DNA of 40,938 nucleotides from a virus (Duplodnaviria; Heunggongvirae; Uroviricota; Caudoviricetes): IMG/VR virus record IMGVR_UViG_2879742664_000009; one strand, 5' to 3'. Shown piece by piece: positions 32,523 to 40,938 of this stretch (position 1 is its first letter; each line of letters starts with the position of its first letter). The notes under the pieces were generated by a model. It saw only the letters and a program-made list of their open reading frames with translations, ran no database searches and was not told where the DNA came from. The position numbers and the translations under genes were made by a program.

Positions 32523-33571
32523 AATCCCAGCACGAGTTGTCTTTCCATTTGCGGGTCAAGCAACGTCACATGCAGCCCCACCAGTCGCACACCGCGCCCG
32601 CCGCGGCGTTCATCCCAGGTTTTACGCGCGGTGGCGATTAAGTCAGCTTTATTCAGCCGCGGCCAGACGTGCTCCTGAGTGGTTTGCTGAAAATCATCAA
32701 ACTTTAATTTCACCCCCTGGCGAGCAATCAGTAAATCAGGTTTCACCTTTGCCAGACGGCGTTCAAGTTCCGGATACAGCCGCTCGATAATCGCTTCACA
32801 TTCAGACCAGTGGTGGATATCTTCCGCCATCGTGCGTTCCACGCCGACGGATTTTCGCAACCGTTCGCTGTTAACGTCGCGCTCGTCAATCCCCTGACTA
32901 CGCTCCCACAAAATGCGGCCAAATTTGCCAAAGCGTTTAAGCAGCATCACCAGATCACACTTTTGTACATCACCGCAGGTTCGTAGCCCCATCGCTTCCA
33001 GTTTTGCCGCCGAGACTTTGCCGACGCCGGGGATTTTTGCCAGTGGTAAGGTTTGTAAAAATGCCGGAACTTCTGCCGGCGTAATCACAAACTGGCCGTT
33101 GGGTTTATTCATGTCGGAGGCGATTTTGGCGAGAAACTTTACGGGTGCCACGCCCGCAGACGCCGTCAGTTGCAGCTCGTTGAAAATCGTCTGGCGGATT
33201 TCCTGGGCGATGAGGGTCGCAGAACCGTGGCAATGGACGCTATCGGTGACGTCGAGATAAGCCTCATCCAGTGACAACGGTTCAATACGCGAGGTGTAGC
33301 GCGAGAAGATTTCGCGGATATGATTTGAGGCTTCTTTGTAGGCGTCAAAGCGCCCCGGAAGCAAGGTGAGATGCGGGCATAATTTGAGCGCCATCCCTGT
33401 CGGCATAGCGCTACGTACGCCAAATTTACGCGCGGGATAATTGGCGGTACTGATCACCCCCCGACGTTCGCGGCTGCCGCCAATAGCAATAGGGATATCG
33501 CGCAGGGCGGGATTGTCGCGCATCTCCACCGCCGCGAAAAAGCAGTCCATATCCACATGAATAATCTTCAC
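32519..33571 (-). CDS. dinB: DNA polymerase IV (DinB)
   Basis: Y-family polymerase, ...[31 protein letters not shown]...; start probably the GTG at 33571 (an alternative GTG is at 33583). Confidence 0.9.
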
Positions 33572-33584
33572 TTTCTTATACACC

Positions 33585-33600
33585 CTGTATATTTATACAT
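33585..33600 (-). promoter_or_regulatory. putative LexA (SOS) box upstream of dinB
   Basis: CTGTATATTTATACAT fits CTGT-N8-ACAG with one mismatch (ACAT), about 14 nt upstream of the proposed start. Confidence 0.5.
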
Positions 33601-33629
33601 GCAAAGAGATTATACACACAAAAGCAAAA

Positions 33630-34421
33630 TCAATAAGTGCCCTTCTTATTCGGATTCACAGAGTACTTCCGTAAAGCATTACCCGACTTAAGCACCTTTG
33701 AAGCTTGCTCATTAGCTGAGGCTGTGAAGGTGCTCTCACCATTTTTAACGCTAACGCTCTTAGAGCACGTTACACGGGCTTTTAGCGCTTCATCTGATAA
33801 CTCACTTGCCGAATAGCTAAAAAGCTCTTTACAGGTCAGCATAGGGCTTCCAAGGCTCGTTGTAGTGTTGCCAGTATTCTTTTTACTGGTAGCACCACCA
33901 TCATTCGTGGTAGCAGTCTTGCCAGTTGCAGCCGAAATATCAGTCTGACCCACAATAGCTTTGAAGTTAATTTCCTGAAAAGTTAGCTGGATTCTTAGAC
34001 CATTTGAAATACCAACATCTTTAGAGGCTTTAAAGCTCGTGATAATGGAATCATCAATTTTAATTCCGTCTTTACAGATGACCGAAATAATCTGCTTCTG
34101 GTCACGCCAGTTTTCCAGAGTGTCGATGAAGTTCTCCACCAGCTTAGTATCTCGTGAGATAAGGATACTACCGGATTCACCAACTACAACGACACCACTA
34201 ATAGTGATTGTTCTGGGTGCTCTTTGCACATTATCTGTGACGGTTTGCCCTGATTGCATGTTCTGTGTAGTCACCTGCATAGGGCTGTCAAATTCCATGT
34301 TTTCAGTTGCTGATAAGGTTAAGAAGGCATCTACATTATCTCTTAAGTGGAAGTAAACGCCATCTTTGCCAGTGTAACGAAGTTGATTAGAGTAAAACAT
34401 TAAATTCTCCTTTGATTTCAA
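33630..34421 (-). CDS. hypothetical protein, possibly phage distal tail protein (Dit-like); low GC
   Basis: 263-aa ORF immediately downstream of a tape-measure-like gene; AT-rich codon usage; no confident family match from sequence alone. Confidence 0.35.
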   Translation of the reverse strand: MKSKENLMFYSNQLRYTGKDGVYFHLRDNVDAFLTLSATENMEFDSPMQVTTQNMQSGQTVTDNVQRAPRTITISGVVVVGESGSILISRDTKLVENFIDTLENWRDQKQIISVICKDGIKIDDSIITSFKASKDVGISNGLRIQLTFQEINFKAIVGQTDISAATGKTATTNDGGATSKKNTGNTTTSLGSPMLTCKELFSYSASELSDEALKARVTCSKSVSVKNGESTFTASANEQASKVLKSGNALRKYSVNPNKKGTY

Positions 34422-34490
34422 AGGCTTAGTGTATTTTAATCATTTTTAACCAAACCTTTGATATATAAGTATTTTCTCTGTTAAGCGTGA

Positions 34491-34545
34491 GCTACGTGAA
34501 AAATAATTTTTGGTGTGGGTATTAACTTTGCTTTATTCACGTAGC
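34491..34545. repeat. 10-bp perfect inverted repeat (GCTACGTGAA ... TTCACGTAGC) with 35-bp spacer
   Basis: Read directly from the sequence, in the 136-bp gap between the two low-GC genes. Confidence 0.6.
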
Positions 34546-34557
34546 ATTCGACTATTA

Positions 34558-35863
34558 TTAATCATCTTCTGGGAATGATGAACTTAATAGCGTAGCTTCT
34601 GCATATTGGTCGTAGATATTACTGCTAAAGGTCATAAAGCTGGTTTCATCTGGTTTAATGGCAACTTCACCACCAAGTGAAACTTTCACAGGCTCCTGAA
34701 TACGTTTGCTCAAAGCGGAGATTTCATCTCTCAGGCTTTGGATATCTGCACTCGTTAATGCTGAATCTTGCTTAATGTTGTTTAATTCTGGATGCTGGAA
34801 GTTAGCAAGATTCATAGCAGCACTATTAAACCACCCTTTAACATCATCCATAGTGAAAGCGGGTTTAAGTCCAGACTCTTTAGCCAGCTCTGGTAATTTA
34901 GCTTGTGCTTCCATTCGTTCAGGTGTAGAAGCTAATCTTTCATAACCTGCATAGATAGCACTACCAGCTAATAGCATCTTCATAGGGTTTAGTCTTGATG
35001 GTTTCCCATTCTTTCTATTCACGTTATCCGCTGTAGTATCAGCTACCTGACCTAATCTTGTGATAGCAGTCATAAGCCCGTAAATACTTCTGGTTACACC
35101 AACAACTTTATTCACAGCAATAACACCAGCCAAGACTTTTAAACTATTAATCAAGCCAGAACCTAAAGCATCAACAACTTTCTTTTGTTCATCGGTTAAA
35201 CCACGATAAGCTAATGTCACCTCATCAAAGAATGCTCTCACTCTGTAACTGATATCGGTCAGGCTATCCACACCACTTGACATAGAAGTCATCAAGCTAC
35301 CAAGAGATTCACCAAGACTCTTACCACTTCCACCTAAACTGTTTAAAAGCGTTGTTAGGCTTCGTGTAAAATCTTGCAGACCATTTTCAGAACCTCTGAA
35401 GATACTATCAAGCGTGGTATTCCAAGAGTTTTTCAGGTTCCCCAGTTGTGCTTGTGTGCTTTCTGAAATAGCTTTCCAGCCACCTTTAGCTGTGATTTGT
35501 TTATTCAGTTCCTGAGTGACCTTCTGAAGAGTATCGGCAGATTTTAAAGCCCCCTTCTTCATGGCATCAAATAATTCCTGTTCACTCTTTCCGGTTGCTT
35601 TAGCGAATACCTGAACCATACCAGGAACAGCTTCAGCTAGTTGCCCCTTAAGCTCTTCAGCCATAATCTGACCCTTACCAGCCATCTGTGATAATGCTGT
35701 CAGTGCTCGCTTAATCTCTTCCTCACTTCGACCCATTAAACGAGAATAGCCAATCATATTTCTAAAAAGCTCTTCAGAACCTTGAATACCCATAGACTCT
35801 TTAGCTGAAGCACCAAAACCAGCAAACTGTGATTGCAGTTCAGCGATATCTAAACCCGTTGTT
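34558..35863 (-). pseudogene. tape-measure-like protein fragment (low GC), 5' truncated by IS911
   Basis: Tape-measure N-terminal-type motif (RSEEEIKRALTALSQMAGKGQIMAEELKGQLAEAVPGMVQVF). The first 9 codons of the track ORF (GTG at 35889) come from the IS911 end. Confidence 0.6.
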
Positions 35864-36146
35864 TGAAGTGGCACACTGAATTTGGCCACCTGAACAGAGG
35901 TGATATGCTCACCTCAGAACAACACAGGTGCTCCAATGAAAAAAAGAAATTTTAGCGCAGAGTTTAAACGCGAATCCGCTCAACTGGTTGTTGACCAGAA
36001 ATACACGGTGGCAGATGCCGCCAAAGCTATGGATGTTGGCCTTTCCACAATGACAAGATGGGTCAAACAACTGCGTGATGAGCGTCAGGGCAAAACACCA
36101 AATGTGAACCGCCCCGGGTTTCCTGGAGAGTGTTTTATCTGTGAAC

Positions 36147-37037
36147 TCAGGCTGCCAGATCATCGTTTCCGATGGAAGCATAATAAGCTTTTTCTGCTTC
36201 TGCCGGAGGGATGTGGCCCAGCCTTTCCAGCAATCGTCGATTATTATACCAGTCCACCCACGTGAGTGTGGCCAGTTCCACTTCTGCACGGTTTTTCCAG
36301 CTCTTACGGTGTATTACCTCCGCTTTGTAAAGACCATTGATGCTCTCCGCCATCGCGTTGTCATACGAGTCGCCTGTACTTCCTGTTGATGCCAGTAATC
36401 CGGCTTCCTTAAGCCGCTGTGTGTAGGCCAGCGATACATACTGAGAACCTTTATCACTGTGATGGACCGTGCCGGACGGTCGACGGGCCCATAACGCCTG
36501 CTCCAGAGCATCCAGCACGAATGTCGTTTCCATGGACGATGAGACCCGCCACCCCACGATGTATCCGGCAAACACATCAATAATGAACGCCACATAGACG
36601 AAGCCCTGCCATGTGCTGACGTAAGTAAAATCAGCCACCCACAGCTGGTCAGGTCGTTCTGCCACGAACTGACGGTTTACGCGGTCGCCTGCGGCAACGG
36701 CTTTCCGGCTGATGGTCGTACGGACCTTTTTACCCCGGAGAACACCGGCAAGTCCCATAACCGCCATGAGACGTGCCACAGTGCATCTGGCCACTCTGAT
36801 ACCTTCCCGTAACAACTGACGCCAGACTTTACGCACACCGTATACCTGATGATTCCCATCGTATACGCGCAGTATCTCTTTCTTCAGCCAGTCATCGCGC
36901 TGCGCACGGGCACTGCGTTTATCAGGATGATGTCGCTGTTGCTGACAGTGGTAATACGTTGACGGGGCAATATGTAGTTCACTGCATACCGGTCCGACCC
37001 CGTACAGCTTACGCAGCTTATCCAGCAGTGGCATCAC
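36147..37037 (-). CDS. IS629 transposase OrfB
   Basis: 296 aa. Confidence 0.9.
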   Translation of the reverse strand: MMPLLDKLRKLYGVGPVCSELHIAPSTYYHCQQQRHHPDKRSARAQRDDWLKKEILRVYDGNHQVYGVRKVWRQLLREGIRVARCTVARLMAVMGLAGVLRGKKVRTTISRKAVAAGDRVNRQFVAERPDQLWVADFTYVSTWQGFVYVAFIIDVFAGYIVGWRVSSSMETTFVLDALEQALWARRPSGTVHHSDKGSQYVSLAYTQRLKEAGLLASTGSTGDSYDNAMAESINGLYKAEVIHRKSWKNRAEVELATLTWVDWYNNRRLLERLGHIPPAEAEKAYYASIGNDDLAA

Positions 37038-37360
37038 TTTTTCCAGAGGCGGTCGAACTCCGCCTTCGCAAAATAAGCGGAAGCCTGGCGAAGGATATCG
37101 TTACTGCGGCGCAGTTCACGATTTTCACGTTCCAGCTCTTTCAGACGCTGACGTTCAGCGGTGGTGAGCCCGCCATCACCGCCTCCGGTATCCCGCTCAT
37201 GCTGGCGTACCCAGACACGCAGAGTCTCCGGTGTACAGCCAATCTTTGGGGCAATGGAACAAATTGCCGCCCACTGTGAGTCATATTCGCCCTGACTTTC
37301 CAGAACCATACGAATCGCCCTCTGACGGACTTCGGGGGAAAAACGAGTATTTTTAGTCAT
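37034..37360 (-). CDS. IS629 transposase OrfA
   Basis: 108 aa. Confidence 0.9.
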   Translation of the reverse strand: MTKNTRFSPEVRQRAIRMVLESQGEYDSQWAAICSIAPKIGCTPETLRVWVRQHERDTGGGDGGLTTAERQRLKELERENRELRRSNDILRQASAYFAKAEFDRLWKK

Positions 37361-37388
37361 CCTGTTTACCTCTTTCTCAGGGAGTTTA

Positions 37389-38417
<1,029 letters not shown>

Positions 38418-38425
38418 CCACTTCA

Positions 38426-38870
38426 CATCGGTGTTTACACCGAAATGAAGGAAGACGATGTCGGGCTTTACGTCAGGGGACGGTTGCTTATTGATGATGA
38501 TCCCCTCGCAAAACGCGCACATGCACACATGAAGGCCGGTTCGTTAACCGGCCTTTCTATTGGGTACGTCCTGAAAGACTGGGAATACGACCGGACGAAA
38601 GAAGCCTTTCTGCTGAAAGAAATCGACCTCTGGGAAGTCAGTCTGGTGACGTTCCCGTCTAACGACGAGGCGCGGATCAGCGACGTCAAGAACGCGCTGG
38701 CCCGCGGGGAAATCCCCGAACAGAAAAAAATCGAAAGAGTCCTGCGTGATGTCGGACTCTCCCGTACCCAGGCCAAAGCATTCATGGCCGGGGGCTATGG
38801 CGCACTGTCCCTGCGCGACGCTGAGGATGTGAGCTCTGCACTGAATGCACTGAAAAATCTGAACTTCTAA
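38426..38870 (+). pseudogene. HK97-family prohead protease, C-terminal fragment (5' truncated by IS911)
   Basis: ...LTGLSIGYVLKDWEYDRTKEAFLLKEIDLWEVSLVTFPSNDEARI... resembles HK97-type prohead protease; sits directly upstream of the capsid N-terminus. Confidence 0.6.
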
Positions 38871-38884
38871 TCAGGAGAAATACG

Positions 38885-39206
38885 ATGGCGGTAGATATTA
38901 AAGATGTCGAACAGGTCGCGCAGGAGCTGCAGCAGAAGTTTGACGACTTCAAAGCAAAGAACGACAAGCGCGTGGATGCGATTGAGCAGGAAAAAGGCAA
39001 GCTTGCCGGGCAGGTGGAAACCCTGAACGGGAAACTCAGCGAGCTGGAAAACCTCAAAAGCGATCTTGAAAAAGAGCTGCTTGAGCTGAAACGTCCGGCA
39101 GGTGGTGCGCAAAATAAACTGGCCACCGAGCATAAAGAAGCGTTTGTGGGCTTCCTGCGTAAAGGCCGTGGAGATGGTCTGCGCGATCTGGAGCGCAAGG
39201 CATTAC
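38885..39206 (+). pseudogene. HK97-family major capsid protein, N-terminal (delta-domain) fragment, truncated by IS629
   Basis: MAVDIKDVEQVAQELQQKFDDFKAKNDKRVDAIEQEKGKLAGQVETLNGKLSELENLK... is a coiled-coil scaffold-like N-terminus; the frame runs into the IS629 end at 39207. Confidence 0.65.
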
Positions 39207-39248
39207 TGAACCGCCCCGGGTTTCCTGGAGAGTGTTTTATCTGTGAAC

Positions 39249-40139
39249 TCAGGCTGCCAGATCATCGTTTCCGATGGAAGCATAATAAGCTTTTTCTGCT
39301 TCTGCCGGAGGGATGTGGCCCAGCCTTTCCAGCAATCGTCGATTATTATACCAGTCCACCCACGTGAGTGTGGCCAGTTCCACTTCTGCACGGTTTTTCC
39401 AGCTCTTACGGTGTATTACCTCCGCTTTGTAAAGACCATTGATGCTCTCCGCCATCGCGTTGTCATACGAGTCGCCTGTACTTCCTGTTGATGCCAGTAA
39501 TCCGGCTTCCTTAAGCCGCTGTGTGTAGGCCAGCGATACATACTGAGAACCTTTATCACTGTGATGGACCGTGCCGGACGGTCGACGGGCCCATAACGCC
39601 TGCTCCAGAGCATCCAGCACGAATGTCGTTTCCATGGACGATGAGACCCGCCACCCCACGATGTATCCGGCAAACACATCAATAATGAACGCCACATAGA
39701 CGAAGCCCTGCCATGTGCTGACGTAAGTAAAATCAGCCACCCACAGCTGGTCAGGTCGTTCTGCCACGAACTGACGGTTTACGCGGTCGCCTGCGGCAAC
39801 GGCTTTCCGGCTGATGGTCGTACGGACCTTTTTACCCCGGAGAACACCGGCAAGTCCCATAACCGCCATGAGACGTGCCACAGTGCATCTGGCCACTCTG
39901 ATACCTTCCCGTAACAACTGACGCCAGACTTTACGCACACCGTATACCTGATGATTCCCATCGTATACGCGCAGTATCTCTTTCTTCAGCCAGTCATCGC
40001 GCTGCGCACGGGCACTGCGTTTATCAGGATGATGTCGCTGTTGCTGACAGTGGTAATACGTTGACGGGGCAATATGTAGTTCACTGCATACCGGTCCGAC
40101 CCCGTACAGCTTACGCAGCTTATCCAGCAGTGGCATCAC
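39249..40139 (-). CDS. IS629 transposase OrfB
   Basis: 296 aa. Confidence 0.9.
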   Translation of the reverse strand: MMPLLDKLRKLYGVGPVCSELHIAPSTYYHCQQQRHHPDKRSARAQRDDWLKKEILRVYDGNHQVYGVRKVWRQLLREGIRVARCTVARLMAVMGLAGVLRGKKVRTTISRKAVAAGDRVNRQFVAERPDQLWVADFTYVSTWQGFVYVAFIIDVFAGYIVGWRVSSSMETTFVLDALEQALWARRPSGTVHHSDKGSQYVSLAYTQRLKEAGLLASTGSTGDSYDNAMAESINGLYKAEVIHRKSWKNRAEVELATLTWVDWYNNRRLLERLGHIPPAEAEKAYYASIGNDDLAA

Positions 40140-40462
40140 TTTTTCCAGAGGCGGTCGAACTCCGCCTTCGCAAAATAAGCGGAAGCCTGGCGAAGGATAT
40201 CGTTACTGCGGCGCAGTTCACGATTTTCACGTTCCAGCTCTTTCAGACGCTGACGTTCAGCGGTGGTGAGCCCGCCATCACCGCCTCCGGTATCCCGCTC
40301 ATGCTGGCGTACCCAGACACGCAGAGTCTCCGGTGTACAGCCAATCTTTGGGGCAATGGAACAAATTGCCGCCCACTGTGAGTCATATTCGCCCTGACTT
40401 TCCAGAACCATACGAATCGCCCTCTGACGGACTTCGGGGGAAAAACGAGTATTTTTAGTCAT
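40136..40462 (-). CDS. IS629 transposase OrfA
   Basis: 108 aa. Confidence 0.9.
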   Translation of the reverse strand: MTKNTRFSPEVRQRAIRMVLESQGEYDSQWAAICSIAPKIGCTPETLRVWVRQHERDTGGGDGGLTTAERQRLKELERENRELRRSNDILRQASAYFAKAEFDRLWKK

Positions 40463-40516
40463 CCTGTTTACCTCTTTCTCAGGAAGTTTAGTCTCCAGGA
40501 TTCCCGGGGCGGTTCA

Positions 40517-40591
40517 AACATGACGCTGGAAAATCCTTCACCAGAGCTGCTCACAGTGTTGATCCGTGAACTGACCGGGAGGGGACGATGA
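40517..40591 (+). pseudogene. IS66-family tnpA, 3' fragment (24 codons)
   Basis: NMTLENPSPELLTVLIRELTGRGR*; its stop overlaps the tnpB start (ATGA). Confidence 0.6.
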
Positions 40592-40938
40592 TCTCACTCC
40601 CGTCAGGCACCCGCATCTGGCTCGTTGCTGGGATAACCGATATGCGTAAGTCTTTCAACGGGCTGGGTGAACAGGTACAGCATGTGCTGAATGATAATCC
40701 CTTCTCCGGTCACCTGTTCATCTTCCGTGGCCGACGGGGTGACATGATTAAAATCCTGTGGGCTGATGCTGATGGTCTGTGCCTGTTCACCAGACGCCTG
40801 GAGGAAGGCCAGTTTATCTGGCCTGCTGTGCGTGACGGCAAGGTATCCATTACCCGCTCGCAACTGGCAATGCTCCTCGATAAGCTGGACTGGCGTCAGC
40901 CAAAAACATCCCGCCTTAATGCACTGACAATGTTGTAA
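40588..40938 (+). CDS. IS66-family accessory protein TnpB (Orf2)
   Basis: 116 aa, MISLPSGTRIWLVAGITDMRKSFNGLGEQVQHVLNDNPFSGHLFIFRGRRGDMIKILWADADGLCLFTRRLEEG..., recalled as IS66 Orf2; stop is at the window end. Confidence 0.8.
   Translation: MISLPSGTRIWLVAGITDMRKSFNGLGEQVQHVLNDNPFSGHLFIFRGRRGDMIKILWADADGLCLFTRRLEEGQFIWPAVRDGKVSITRSQLAMLLDKLDWRQPKTSRLNALTML

Larger units (their letters stand above)
39207..40516 (-). mobile_element. IS629, copy 5
   Basis: 1310 bp; left flank is the capsid N-terminal fragment, right flank is the IS66 tnpA 3' end. Confidence 0.9.

Overview
This window is a mosaic, IS-saturated enterobacterial segment (E. coli/Shigella type; IS content suggests Shigella, inferred). 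All calls rest on reading the sequence and recalling protein families; no database search was run. Conserved chromosomal genes: thiM with its TPP riboswitch, apbC/mrp, metG, a molR pseudogene cut by IS600, IS911 and IS629, and a dinB-yafP-ykfJ block. Mobile DNA: five IS629 copies (1310 bp each), two IS911 (one carrying a nested IS629), one IS600, an IS630-family remnant and a split IS66-family element. Phage DNA: a defective prophage structural module with Mu-like tail and HK97-like head genes (16.5-29.9 kb, minus strand), an adjacent AT-rich acyltransferase-3 gene (candidate O-antigen acetylase cargo), and two orphan tape-measure remnants. Most notable: (1) two inverted IS629 copies appear to have inverted 29879-40516, splitting both the capsid gene and an IS66 tnpA; (2) the tail sheath gene carries an in-frame amber codon; (3) a low-GC tape-measure-like plus unknown gene pair sits directly upstream of dinB; (4) dinB is coupled directly to yafP with no yafN-yafO. 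I found no CRISPR array, tRNA or rRNA. No single clearly novel system is demonstrable; the best candidates for follow-up are the acyltransferase cargo gene, the low-GC pair beside dinB, and the unassigned 1.4 kb at 1091-2500.
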